This document shows, one piece after another, positions 1-12,904 of a stretch of 64,000 bases of DNA (position 1 is the stretch's first letter; each line of letters opens with the position of its first letter). Position numbers and translations under genes: made by a program. The DNA is from Eledone cirrhosa (taxonomy: Eukaryota). The notes under the pieces were generated by a model. It did no database searches, was not told the DNA's origin, and saw nothing but the letters and a program-made list of their open reading frames with translations. The stretch covers positions 78,554,001 through 78,618,000 of the forward strand of contig OZ024743.1 of NCBI GenBank assembly GCA_964016885.1, written 5' to 3'.

Positions 1-319
1 AACAACAACAACAACAACACCAACAACACCACCACCACCAACAACAACACCACCACCACCACCACACCCACCACCACCACCACCACCACCACCACCACCA
101 TCACCACCACCACCACCACCACCACCACCACCAACAACAACAACACCACCACCAACAAAAATAACAACACCAACACCACCACCACCACCACAACCACCAC
201 CACCAACAACAACAACAACACCCAACAACAACAACAACACCACCAACAACAACAACAACACCACCACCACCACCAACACCACCACCACCACCACCACCAC
301 CAACACCACCACCACCACC

Positions 320-350
<31 letters not shown>

Positions 351-590
351 CCACCACCAACAAAAATAACAACAACACCAACACCACCACCACCACCACC
401 ACCAACAACAACACCACCACCACCACCACCACCACCACAACCACCACCACCAACAACAACAACACCCAACAACAACAACAACACCACCACCAACAACAAC
501 ACCACCACCACCACCACCAACACCACCACCACCACCACCACCAACACCACCACCAACACCACCACCACCACCACCACCACCAACACCACC

Positions 591-621
<31 letters not shown>

Positions 622-635
622 GCAGCAGTAATAAC
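1..635. repeat. (ACC/AAC)n compound trinucleotide microsatellite
   Basis: Continuous acc/aac triplets from the window start to ~635. Confidence 0.95.
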
Positions 636-801
636 AACACTGCTATGAATGGTGGTATTACGTTACGAGAAAGAACCATTCTGAAATATAATGAAAACAC
701 TTATGAGAGGCAAGAATGTCACAATTGAAACCTATGACAGAATTAAGCAAAGAAATCTAAGACACCAGCAGCAGCATTTTTACGAGAGTATCACAATATA
801 T

Positions 802-851
<50 letters not shown>

Positions 852-935
852 TTATGTATATATGTGTATATATTTGTATAATGTATATATTATATGCATG
901 GGTGTGTGCATTCTCTAGCAATAAATTCTGTTCCA

Positions 936-1052
936 ATGTTGAGTATGGGTAGTAGTTTACCGTTTTACTCTCCATTGCTGCTTCTTGGCTTTCTACTAAT
1001 ATTTTCTATTGAGAAAATCACACAAACGGCTCAAGACTTGCACATTGATAAG
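936..1052 (+). CDS. S1A serine protease, exon 1 (signal peptide / hydrophobic N-terminus)
   Basis: ATG 936: MLSMGSSLPFYSPLLLLGFLLIFSIEKITQTAQDLHIDK, then donor AAG|GTGAGA (phase 0), matching the phase-0 acceptor at 15171. A pyrimidine-rich AG at 911-918 suggests an upstream exon may exist. Confidence 0.65.
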
Positions 1053-1329
1053 GTGAGAAAATTATACAAATATTATATATCATATATAGTTACACACTCA
1101 CATATATCTATATCTATCTATACCCCTCCTCTCTCTCTCTTCCCCCGTCTCTCTCTCTCTGTATATATATATATACATATATATATATATAGATATATAA
1201 TTGAATAAAAAAGAGAGATAAACACAGATATAAACATATATGTGTTCAACTCGAAAGGGAAAAAAACCCTTTCTTTGAGCTATTTAATTGTAAGAGACTA
1301 TTTTGAGTTTCTAACTCAATATATACCTT

Positions 1330-1381
<52 letters not shown>

Positions 1382-1786
1382 TCTCTCACTCTCGCTTTGT
1401 ATCACACTTTCTTAACTTTGTGTTTAATCAGGACCAAAATTATTAACTTCTCGCTCCATTGAGTGCTTTGTGACTGCCAGTATAGCTATCGGAGTATAGC
1501 TATCTGCTATACTGCGGCTACAACTTCGATTTATACCCAATACACACACACACAGATACACACACACACATCATATATAATATAATATATATATATATAT
1601 AATATATATATATTTGGGAAGAGATATATTCGATATGTCTCATATGAAATAATACAGCCAATTTTCCACACAATACATTTAGTTAGCACCCCGAACGCAT
1701 AATTAGGAATATACTCACTTATTTCCTAATGCTTGTTGAGTGAGTTGGAATTTGGCCGGAGTATCGCTAAAAAGCTTTCTCCGATA

Positions 1787-1889
<103 letters not shown>

Positions 1890-1914
1890 TGTAATAAACA
1901 ACATAAGACAATTA

Positions 1915-1988
1915 TTCCATTTACCAAAGGTTTCACGAAGACAGACGAGTTCAACAGACGAGTTCAAATATCGCTCATCAGAATGAAA
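1915..1988 (-). ncRNA. Type I hammerhead ribozyme motif
   Basis: Minus: TTTCATT-CTGATGA-GCGA...TCGT-GAAA-CC TTT GG-TA-AATGGAA; stem I 7 bp with one G-U; GUA site. Confidence 0.8.
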
Positions 1989-2357
1989 AATGTAATATTT
2001 GGTAAATGGAACAATTGTCTTATGTTGTTTATTACATATTTAAATAGCTCTGTAGCATACCTAGAGCTCTCTCCTTTCCTTTACCCTTCCTACAGAAATA
2101 CTTCATATATATATATATATACAACTAGCCCTACGGTCTTGAGTTGCTCTTGGTAAGAGGTTAAAACTTTATAACTTTATGGAAGTCTAAACGTCCACAT
2201 TAATTTAGTGTTCCATAAAGTTTCAGTACCTTGCCAAGTTGGTAGAGCGGGAGAGACTGTGTTACATTTACCAAACTGAAGATGTCTGATATCGAATGTA
2301 AATATATTTATATTGTTTAATGATTGAATCTAATCGATTATACATATATATATATCA

Positions 2358-2646
2358 AATATTTCCGTAGGAAGGGTAAAGAATAGGAGAGTGCTCTATG
2401 TATGCTACAGAGCTATTTAGTTATGTAATTAACAACATAAGACAATTATTTCATTTACCAAAGGCTTCACGAAGATAGACGGGCTCGACACAGACGTCTG
2501 ATGAGCGATTTCAGACGTCTGTGTCGAGCTCGTCTGTCTTCGTGAAACCTTTGGTAAATGGAATAATTGTTTTATGTTGTTTATTATATAACTAAATAGC
2601 TCTGTAGCTTACATAGAGCACTCTCCTTTCCTTTACCATTCCTACG

Positions 2647-2654
<8 letters not shown>
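2358..2654. repeat. Fold-back inverted repeat containing an HHR core (2498-2563, +)
   Basis: ~2358-2500 is the reverse complement of ~2512-2654; CTGATGA GCGA...TCGT GAAA CC TTT GG TA starts at the turning point; flanked by (TA)n. Confidence 0.85.
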
Positions 2655-2708
<54 letters not shown>

Positions 2709-2751
2709 GTGTGTATATATATATATATAATATATGTATATATATATATTA

Positions 2752-2792
<41 letters not shown>

Positions 2793-2793
2793 T

Positions 2794-2846
2794 GAGATTC
2801 TACAGGACTAGAACTGTTTCATTCATTAGAAATCATCAGGAATCTC
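2794..2846 (-). ncRNA. Type I hammerhead ribozyme motif
   Basis: GAGATTC-CTGATGA-T TTC TAAT GAA T-GAAA-CAG TTCTAGTC CTG-TA-GAATCTC. Confidence 0.8.
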
Positions 2847-2878
2847 TGATTCCTGATGATTTCTAATGAATGAATCTC

Positions 2879-2929
2879 AGATTCCTGATGATTTCTAATG
2901 AATGAAACAGTTCTAGTCCTGTAGAATCT
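2879..2929 (+). ncRNA. Type I hammerhead ribozyme motif (inverted partner of 2794-2846)
   Basis: AGATTC-CTGATGA-TTTCTAATGAAT-GAAA-CAG...CTG-TA-GAATCT. Confidence 0.8.
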
Positions 2930-3011
2930 CATCTATATTAAAACTGTTATACTCTGCTATGTATTGAGTACCTTACTTACTGTGGTTACCTCCGATTCAA
3001 CCCGGAATAAC

Positions 3012-3056
<45 letters not shown>

Positions 3057-3094
3057 GTGTGTATATATATATATAATATATATATTATATATAT

Positions 3095-3142
<48 letters not shown>

Positions 3143-3145
3143 ATA

Positions 3146-3210
<65 letters not shown>

Positions 3211-3696
3211 TTGTGTGTGTGTTCTGTTATATTATAAGACTTCTGTGATTGGAAATTAACTGATTGGATCTAACACTGAACTGTCTTTTACCTGTCTTGC
3301 TGGGGACTACCTACAAAATCACATTTGAGCTTTGGATAACTCTTTGCCTTATATCGTCGTGTTATCAACTTGTACTATTTCATATATATATATATATATG
3401 TAAATACACTCACACACACTCACACACCTATATATATATATACTGGATGTCACTTCAATTTATTGTTATATTTTCCCATGCGGTTAGTTTAAAAACCAGA
3501 TAGTTGTTTAGTTGTTCATTGTTATCAGTTGACAACTACAATGTGTTATAACATATAACACAGATAACCTGTTATTTTCCATGTCCAGTAACTATGTTCA
3601 GAAACACACGCTCTTGCATTTCTGTTTATGGAATACAAATCTTGAGTAGTTCTTGTGTTTTTACCTTTTGATGTTAAACAAATTATTGTTTTATTG

Positions 3697-3820
3697 TATT
3701 TCCTGAAGAGATACGGCTGGAAGTAAAACATTTATTGTGGAGTTAATTAACTGAGAATGTTCGGTTTTTCTCCACTTTTGGTGAAATATTCTGGCTGCAT
3801 TGAAATGTTCGTAGATAAAT
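3697..3820 (+). ncRNA. Possible degenerate hammerhead with long stem II
   Basis: CTGAAGA-GATACGGCTGGAA...TTCTGGCTGCATT-GAAA-TG TT CG-TA; stem I weak. Confidence 0.45.
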
Positions 3821-3851
3821 AAATAACAATCCTTGGTCTTACTGAATTTTG

Positions 3852-3887
<36 letters not shown>

Positions 3888-3912
3888 CAAAATTCAGTAA
3901 GAGAAAGGATTG

Positions 3913-3948
<36 letters not shown>

Positions 3949-3999
3949 GTGGGAAAGTAAGAAATCGGAGAATAGACCGTTAAAACATGTTTATTAAAC

Positions 4000-4082
<83 letters not shown>

Positions 4083-4212
4083 GAATAGAAAACGAAAATT
4101 CAGTGATGCATCTGAACTCAATTTTTCGTTTTCTATTCTATTATACTCTGCTCTGTAAGAGCATAGAGCTGAACCGGCATACCGCCTATGGAAGCATCTT
4201 AGCTAACATCAG

Positions 4213-4323
<111 letters not shown>

Positions 4324-4329
4324 GTAATA

Positions 4330-4964
4330 ATAATAAATTTGAAGACTAAAATCAAAAGAGGGCTCGATAAGGATAAATATATATCAAATATATAAGAACC
4401 GTAGAGAAAATATTTATTAAAATAACAGATTAAAGTTTAAGCAAAGAATCGCTGCTTTCACCCTTAACGGGATCTTCTGAAACTAAAAAAATCAATCTCT
4501 GAACGCAGAAGTAAATATTTCGAAAAGCGTTGCAACCAAAGAAAGACAGGAAGACGTTACTTTGGTTCGTGGAAACGTTCCCTGGCAAAGAACGTAAAAA
4601 AACGAAGATAATACTTCATTATTAGGAGCGCTGAAAACAATTACACGCAAAGACAAAACCACGAAAATGGTATAAATGAAGTCGTAGACTAAAATTCTAT
4701 TTAGGAAACCGAATGATCCTCGGCTTTAGAGTTAAGAATAATGTAAATAAATTACAGAGGTAATTGAAATCAACAAAAATTAAATATATACATGCACGCA
4801 TCCATATACGTACATACACATGCATACGCGAAAGCACCGCCATGGGTATGCAAATACAAGCACGTACACAAAAAACACGCACGCACATACAAAACCCACG
4901 CAACGCCTGTACCCGCACACATACGAACGTATACACAAAATACACATAAAATATATATAAAAAA

Positions 4965-4997
<33 letters not shown>

Positions 4998-6494
4998 CGT
5001 GTATACATATAATTATATAAACGTATATAAATATACACACATAAATCCGTATATAACGCACGCACACACATACCTACATGTAAATACACATATGTTCGCT
5101 AAACGTACGTCAACTAAAACAAAAAGTATACATATACACACACCCTACCTACATACGTACGAAGCCGCATGCTCACACAGACGCAAAACTCACGTATACA
5201 CATAACCATATGCACATGTACCAGTATATATAATATAATATATACCCCTATAACATATACAAGCAAATATACGTACGAGAAAGAATACGTACCTTCGCAA
5301 AACATACAGGTAATATATACTTACCTATACAAATAAGTAATGGTATAAACATAAAATATACTTAGCTACCACATCAAGACGTAAAATATCCGCGTATAGT
5401 TTGTACTATCCGTTAGGGTATAATGTGGGGCTGTAATACAGGAAAGTTTTGTGCAATTTATGTTTACAAGCCGAAATTGCCTCAGGTTTTTTGTTTAAGA
5501 TGTGGTCTTTGGCGTAGAGTATTTCCAGGGTATTCAGCGGCGCAGAGGTCACATGGACTTTTATGTCCGTTATACGATCTAGCCTTAACTAAGATCTCCC
5601 AGTGTAACTTATATTGGGTGTGGTTGTCTTTTAGACAACAGATATAAGCTGAAAGTGACGTCATATTCCTTCTTAAAGGGTTAAGAAAAGAATGGGTATG
5701 CATGTAAAGACGCTGCTTGAATCTATTGGCGGTTAACCCTATGTAGGCCCTACGGGACGTGGGTGTTTCAACCTTACATTTGTAGACAATGTTACTAGAG
5801 AGGCATTTCCTGGATAGGGGTAGTCAACCCGATTCCTACAATTGCAGTTAGTACTAGCTACAGGGTTGCACGTGTCCCTACGGCTAGGTAGTTTAGCTAA
5901 ATTTGAAGCTGTGATGTTATGTGCAAGGTTAGGAGTCGTAGAATAAGAAATTTTAATGGTATTTCTATTAAAAATGTTACTATATTTATGTGCTGGGGGA
6001 AATGCTTCATAATGAGGGAGAGAAAGATCTTAGCTAATGGTGTGGCCACCTCCATATTATATGGTGGGTTATATCATATAATGCGTCGGGATCTATTTTT
6101 CCTAGGTATATTCTCATACTCTGTATATGCTACCTTATCGACAAATCCACTCGGAGCAAGAGCTTCATTGTAATATGTGGAATGGTCAGTGAAAATATGC
6201 TCGTTTGTAGATAGACGGGAAAGCCCCAAAGAAACGTTTCTTACCAGGTTCTTGGTTATGCTGGCAGGATGGTTAGAATGCTTACTTATGTAATTAAGTG
6301 TATCATTCGGCTTTCTATACGGGTAGTGCAAGCCATTCGACAAATTGAGGGTAACGTCGAGGTAATTAACGACCAAGAGGTTGGCCTCAACCTGTATGGA
6401 GAGGTTGAAGCCTTTAAAGAAGACTGTGAGTTCTTTTCTGAACCTCTCGCAAGCACGTGGGCCGCACTTTGTCAAGGTCAAAAGACCGTCGTTA

Positions 6495-6500
<6 letters not shown>
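4330..6500 (-). mobile_element. 5'-truncated, decayed Penelope-like element (Naiad-type RT C-terminus + GIY-YIG, long 3' region)
   Basis: ORF 6074-6481 (VNYLDVTLNL...YRKPNDTLNYI...SNHP), CNCR linker ~5840, ORF 5482-5703 (YKLHWEIL...CDLC); (TA)n flanks. Confidence 0.85.
4434..4484 (-). ncRNA. Hammerhead-like motif with CAGAAGA (U4A) core
   Basis: AGTTT-CAGAAGA-TCCC GTTAA GGGT-GAAA-GCA...TGC-TT-AAACT at the 3' end of the PLE; second copy 8158-8210 (-), partial copy ~51716-51760 (+). Confidence 0.55.
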
Positions 6501-6567
<67 letters not shown>

Positions 6568-6583
6568 TACTAGCCTTACAGGG

Positions 6584-6668
6584 GGTCCGACGAGCCGCAG
6601 ATTATAGAGTCGGGTAAGATCGATATAGATCAAACCTGGAGCTGATCAGTGGCGAAACGCGCGTCACC
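6584..6668 (+). ncRNA. Hammerhead motif with CCGACGA (U4C) core
   Basis: GGT-CCGACGA-GCCGC...GTGGC-GAAA-CGCGCG-TC-ACC; palindromic stem III; GUC site. Confidence 0.65.
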
Positions 6669-6716
6669 AACCAATAAATGTAATGAAGGAGTAACCGATC
6701 GTCCTTGTTATCTTTT

Positions 6717-6798
<82 letters not shown>

Positions 6799-6836
6799 AG
6801 GAGGTTATAGTTCACTTGAAGCATTGTGTAATGAGG

Positions 6837-7233
6837 TATAAACGTTAGAATATGTGTAATAAGGCCAAGACAATGCAGATATGGACATAGAAAAAAGAAT
6901 GCAATAGTGAAAGATATTGATGTGAATTCGTCTTTCACCTTGAATTTATTTAAATGTCCTTAATTTTCGAGATAATATCTCTTCTTCGGAGGGAAGTAAA
7001 GGTCTCAGACCAGCGTCTTTAAATTTCTAATGAAGCCATGGCTTCATTAGAAATTTAAAGACGCTGGTCTGAGACCTTTACTTCCCTCCGAAGAAGAGAT
7101 ATTATCTCGAAAATTAAGGACATTTAAATAAATTCAAGGTGAAAGACGAATTCACATCAATATCTTTCACTATTGCATTCTTTTTTCTATGTCCATATCT
7201 GCATTGTCTTGGCCTTATTACACATATTCTAAC

Positions 7234-7240
<7 letters not shown>
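6837..7240. repeat. Spacer-less ~400 bp palindrome carrying two opposed hammerhead-like motifs
   Basis: Centre GAAGCCA|TGGCTTC at 7038/7039; arms give the mirrored ORFs 6708(-)/7139(+); CCT-CCGAAGA-AGAGAT ATT ATCTC-GAAAATTA-AGG at 7085-7119 (+) and 6958-6992 (-). Confidence 0.9.
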
Positions 7241-7267
<27 letters not shown>

Positions 7268-7429
7268 CTTTCTGAACCGTCCGGCTGGCGCTCTGCTAGG
7301 TATACCGGCATTTTATCTTTTCAGGAATCTCCCTACACTCAGTCCAGTGCAAATATACCGCACGCCCTCTCAAGTCAGCGGGGGGGGGGGGTTAGCGTGC
7401 TCTGGGTGTTGTGTTTGAACAGTTTTTAG

Positions 7430-8574
7430 GATTCCCCAATTCGGCAGCCAGTACGTTAAAGAAAATTGATAAAATATTTAAATTACATTGTTAGAGCCTC
7501 AGAGTATACAATATTTTTTGTTCGGCCCTCCGGAGTAAAGATGAAGAGATTGTTTGGCGGGCTCATTCTAGAGCATCCTACATTCAATTGACCATGGGAG
7601 AATCAGTGATCTCGTAGCTCGTCTCGCGGAGAAGCTCTGTAGACGTTGACCTCTGGACCCTCCTGTCAGGAGCAGGTAAGCTGTAGTGGCTTAGAGGCCT
7701 ACCACCAATCTCCAGGTTACTGTTTTCAAGACAAATGAGCGCCTCATTGAAAACGACATCGTATGTTACGTATGTGTCTGCATGTGCGGTGGAGGATGTC
7801 CTCAGCTAGACTTTCGCGGTGGTTGTTCCTCAGTGCGAGAGGGTCGGCGAGATCGCAGTTGTGCAGCATAATAGCAAAAAGTTTTCGCAGTTGAGAAGGG
7901 ACTTTAGCAGTTGCTGCTTCGTGCAGGGTGAGGTGCCAATGGCTGTCATCGCGTAACATACCACGCATCTGGCAAGCCAAACGTAAGTGAAACATTGATG
8001 GCCATTGATGCTTCTCAGATCTTGGAAAGACTGTGGTCTTCTAACCTCAAACAGTAACACTGACGATAAGCCGTCTGTGCTTTCGTGAAATAAATAGGTT
8101 TTTGTTTTTGTGTATGCAAAAATATCTGTACACGAATATATATATTATAACAGATTAAAGTTTAAGCAAAGAATCGCTGCTTTCACACTTAACGGGATCT
8201 TCTGAAACTTAAAAATTCCGTCTGTGAACGCAGAAGTAAATATTCCGAAAAACGTTATCTAATGCAGACAGCCAGAAGGGCGCTACGTTATAGCTATGTA
8301 TCTATCTAAAAAGACAGACTAAGAGAAAGAGGGGGAATGTTGTGCGATGTCATAAGAAAAAGTGAGGAATGTTGTATAACTGGAAGAGTTGACATTTGAA
8401 ATTTTAAAGAAGTGAATATTTAAATAATGTCTTTAATCGTTTAACAAAATTCAGTAGACAAAAATACCCTCACTTTTTTACATGGAAAAAGTGACATCTA
8501 TGGTGTAAATTTTGGTCCAGCCGATTGGCGGAAAGTTTGTTACCTACATACGACCGTCAGCTTTATAGTATAGA
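7430..8574 (-). mobile_element. Internally deleted Helitron relic
   Basis: 5' end A|TCTATACTATAAAG at 8574; RepHel fragments (ORFs 7744, 7830: PQSFQDLRSING, LRKLFAIML); helicase C-terminus HGQLNVGCSR...TKNIVYSEAL at ~7485-7600. Confidence 0.8.
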
Positions 8575-8618
8575 TTATTCAAAATTTTAATAAATGAGAA
8601 ATATTATCATAACCAAAA

Positions 8619-8689
8619 TATATATTTTATTATACATATTTCAAAGGTACAATGGTGTTTCAGTACGTTTTCATCAGATAAAATATATA
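8619..8689 (-). ncRNA. Type I hammerhead ribozyme motif
   Basis: 12-bp stem I TATATATTTTAT/ATAAAATATATA, CTGATGA, stem II AAACGTAC...GTACCTTT, GAAA-TATGTA-TA. Confidence 0.75.
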
Positions 8690-8854
8690 AGAAATTGGTT
8701 ATACGACATACCGCTAAGGTACTTGAATCTTCAATATATATATATATATATAAGCGAACAATTCTACTGAAAGTTTGAAATAAACGGCAACATTAATACT
8801 TTGTGAAGGCGTGTGGCTGAGTGGTTATCCTTTTGATGATGATCATCATTATCG

Positions 8855-9045
8855 GTGGATTGTCAGTATCGGTAGAGGGTCGGACGCCATGCTTTGACGT
8901 ATAGAGTTACAGCCCTTGCCATTCTGAGTTCAAATCCCGCCGAGGTTGACTGTGCCTTTCATCCTTACGGGGTCGATAAAATACAGTACCAGTAATACAC
9001 TGGGTAATTGCTGGCCTTGTGCCAAAAGTAGAAACAATTATTATA
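8855..9045 (+). mobile_element. tRNA-derived SINE copy
   Basis: A-box-like head, B-box GAGTTCAAATCC, core GCCTTTCATCCTTACGGGGTCGATAAAAT, (ATT)n tail. Confidence 0.85.
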
Positions 9046-9554
9046 ATCATCATCACCATCCCCAACAACAAAATCACCAACTAAAACATCACTATCACCA
9101 CCGACACCACCACTACCACCACCACCACCAACACCATCACCATCACCACCACAACCACCACCACCACCACCACCACCACCATCACAACCACAACCACCAC
9201 CACCACCACCACCACCACCAGCCCCGTTCACCACCTAACAACCCCCATTATGGTCCTTTAACAATAAAACCCCCGAAGAATGACCTTGGTGTCTCAACAG
9301 AACAGGAATAACCATTTCATAAGAGGAGAGCCAGTTGTTTATGTAAGTGTTGTTGTTGTTAAAGTCCTTTCAGGCTAGTTATGTCTGAGACAAGTGGTCT
9401 CAGATGACGGCTTTAACCGACTTTACTTGACTCCGACACAGGAGAGGGCGGCTATAGTAAACCTTAAAACAATACAGATAAAAATAGTTGACGATACACT
9501 GAAATGTCAACAGCCTTCCTCCATTAAAACGACCAGTGTGAGAATAATGATAAT

Positions 9555-9715
9555 AGAGAGGGAGGGTTGTGCGGAGAAGAGAGAGAGAGGGAGAAGAGAG
9601 AGGGGGAGAAAGGGAGAAGAGAGGGAGGGGAGAAAGAGACAGGGAGGGGAAGAAAGAGAGAGTTGTGGGGAGAGAGAGAAGTGAGAGTTGTGGGGAGAGA
9701 GAGGAGACAGAGGGG

Positions 9716-9760
<45 letters not shown>

Positions 9761-9868
9761 GTGGGGCGAGAGAAGAGAGAGAGGGGGAGAGAAAGAGTTG
9801 TGGAGAGAGAGAGAGAGAGAGAGGAGAGAAAGAGAGAGAGTTGTGGGGAGAGAGAGAAGAGAGAGAGG

Positions 9869-9906
<38 letters not shown>

Positions 9907-10010
9907 AATAGTTGTGGAGAGAGAGAGGGGGTGAAAGAGAGAGTTGTAGGGAGAGAGAATAGTAGTAGTAGTAGAAGAAGAAGAAGAAGAAGAAGAAGAA
10001 GAAGGTGGAG
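9555..10010. repeat. (GA)n-rich polypurine tract with recurring GAGAGTTGTGG(GG) motif
   Basis: Direct inspection; about eight GTTGTG(G/T) units separated by GA runs. Confidence 0.9.
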
Positions 10011-10134
10011 GAAGGATACGGGTGACATCGGAGTCCATTACTCCCCCCGTGCCCTTAGAGACTAATGAAGGATAAAGTTCTGCAACAATACGACTGTTTA
10101 TATAGAAGAAACCTGTGTATATATATATATATTG

Positions 10135-12270
10135 TTTTGCTTTGGGAGGGTCATGTTGCCAATAAGAAACACACGCACCAGTTATTTTCACTCCAATTTA
10201 TTATAAATTAAATTTATAAATTTAAGAATTTATAAATTTCCAGTTGTTTGGTTGGTTCCATAACCGGACGGTTGTTCATATATTGTCAAAGTTCTTTCGT
10301 CACACATTCTGTGACTTCTTCAGTGACTGGGGATTCTTTTCTTTGTTTTGTGCCTCTCCTTTGTTCTGTCCTACGCCATCTTCGTTTTGTGTGTGTTGTG
10401 TGCTTAGTTTGCGCATGTGTTACATCCGGGTGTCTGTGTGTGTTTTTATTTGTTTATTTATTTGTTCATTTACATGTTACTGGTTGGTTGTTTGTTCTAT
10501 GTGTGTGTGTTTTCATTTTCTCCTTAATTGTAAGTTGTGATGTTGCTATTCCATTCATGTTTTCTATTTAATTTTGGTTGGAGTTCATTTATGTTTATTG
10601 CCTCTGTGATTGCGTCTTTTCTGTGTGTAGATTCTATTTTTATTTCTATGTTCTCTAATTTGCCCTTATGTTCTATTTTAGCATGTTGGTGGAGTATTGA
10701 TGATTCTTTTTTATCTTGAAGTTCTCTTCAGTGTTCATTTAACCGTTCTTCTATACTACGAGCTGTCTCACCTATGTACACTATATTCTTATCTTTACAT
10801 TGTCCTTCAGTACATATTATGCTATATACTACATTTCTAGTTTTACAGTTAATATGGGGGCTTAGTTTACAGATTATGCATTTATTATCTATACAGGGAG
10901 GTCTTTGAAAAGGGTATGTATTGCTAATAAGTGTTTTTATGGAGGTACCTGGTCTTTCTACTATCTTAATATTAAGTTTATGTTTATCTAGGGCCCTTCT
11001 AAATTTGTAAGCTAATTCACCTCTAGGGGTTGTATTGATGAACATTACACTCTGGTACTTATTGCTATCATACCATAAGTTTATTCTATTAACCTTATTC
11101 CTAGTTCTTTCTATTCTATTCCAAAATTTGCTCCTATACAAGGGGCAGGTCCCATTTGTATCATTATTTACCATTTTTTTCCATTTGGTTCTGACTCCTC
11201 TATATACTCTGATTTTATCTCTCTGATTGTAACCAGAGAACTGCATACGGTGGTTGAAGTGTTGTATGTGTCTCTCTAGTTCTTTGGGGTTGCACATGCG
11301 AGACACGTTTCTCATCACCCGTACCAAATCCGCAATCAGTATGTTGATTTTGGTGTGATCCGAAACAGCTGAGTTTCGGTGGATCAGATGTTTGGAAGTC
11401 ATGGGTTTGGCATAATGGGAATGGAGGATTTGTTTTTTTGTTATTAATGGTTTCTAACCAGAGCTCTGTGTCTAGTACAGGTAATCGATAGTTGGGGTGT
11501 TTGCTTGGGTAGTCTATAGTAACTCTAATACTCTGGTGGATGGAGTTAGCTATTTGCTGGATGCTTTCCATGGTGTTTTTCTCTAATTCCTGACTGTTCT
11601 CTAGTGGGGATGTTTTTACTACGATGTTTATATCATCAACGTAGCGGGAGTACATTATCAGGGTTAAGAGGTTGCTGTCTTCTAATTGTTCTTTAAGTTT
11701 AAGTTTAAGTTTATTGTCCCACCATACCATGAATAGGTTAGCTATGTCACCTGCAATGCTAACACAAATGGCTGCTCCCTCCTCTTGGGCATATGTTTTT
11801 CCATTAAATTTGAACATATGTTCCTTAAGGGTTAATTTTATACTGGCCCCCACCGCATGTGCAATCATTTTCTTTAGTTCATCGTGGTTTTCGGGGGTCC
11901 GTATGACTCTGGTCCACCCGTTCCATCTTTCTGTGTGGGTTTTCTTGACCATTGAGGTAATGGTAGGTGGTCTGCCTCTGGCTGGTCTTGTAGGGCACAT
12001 GTTGCTAAGGTCATATGTATCTAGATAATCATTACTATAGGTAAGTTTTAATCGGAGTCCCAGCTCACTGGTATCAATCCCACCGAATTCAACATTGCTC
12101 TCACTGATCATTTCTACGCATTTCTCCACAGCAAAATCCACGTCAATGGGTGGATATAGGGACACAACATCCATACTACCTAGTATACAGTTTGTTAGGT
12201 CCCTAGATCGGTTATTTTCGCTGATTCTACTGAGGAGGTCCTCCGTGCTGTCTGGGGACATTTCAATGGA
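10135..12270 (-). mobile_element. 5'-truncated Penelope-like element (Neptune-like), RT + GIY-YIG, frameshifted
   Basis: ORF 11215-12261 (GSMDVVSLYP, QEEG, YSRYVDDI, LPVLDTELW); ORF 10728-11402 (CxxxxCxxC linker, NVVYSIIC...YIGETARSIEERLNEH). Confidence 0.9.
10285..10327 (-). ncRNA. Minimal type I hammerhead motif in PLE 3' region
   Basis: GTCA-CTGAAGA-A GTCACA GAATG TGTGAC-GAAA-GAACTT-TGAC. Confidence 0.7.
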
Positions 12271-12367
12271 TAGTCAGCGAATTTTCGGACCGTCAAGGTG
12301 TGATTTCCATGGGTATGTCATTATTTATAAAACCAATTTTGTATTTTATCTAATGAAAGCGCACCAA

Positions 12368-12414
<47 letters not shown>

Positions 12415-12904
12415 AGTATGTATACGTACATACATATATGTATACATACGTACAGTAGTATGTATATATATACATACATGCACACATATATATATGTACG
12501 TATGGATTCTCCAAACATTTATTATAATGCTCGGTGTGTTTGTATTTAAGTACCAGCCGTACTAAGAGTGAGAAATGAAATTTCGTTTCATTTTTTCCGT
12601 TTATATATATATGTATATATATATATATATATTATGTGTATATAAATGAAGCTGGGATTTCGTATGCTTTCGTGTTAGTGTTAACAATAACTGAGGTCAG
12701 TAGTCTTAACCCCTCCCTACCTACTCCCCATACTCTCCCCTACGTACCCTACTCCATACCCACTGTTCAACCACGTGGTTTAGGGTTCAGAATGCCTGGT
12801 ACCTTGGGTAAGTGTCCCTTTTCTATTGCCTCCTTTTGACGAATGTCTTCTCAGGGAAATGTGTAACTGGTTTAGAATGGGTATAATATGTCCCTGTGAA
12901 TAGA

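Noticed and set aside
101-700. 199-aa Val/Gly/Trp-rich ORF
   Set aside because: Translation of an (ACC/AAC)n microsatellite.
9394-10191. RE-rich and SL-rich ORFs
   Set aside because: Translations of the (GA)n tract; the many YI/CV/HT ORFs are likewise (TA)n/(CA)n artefacts.
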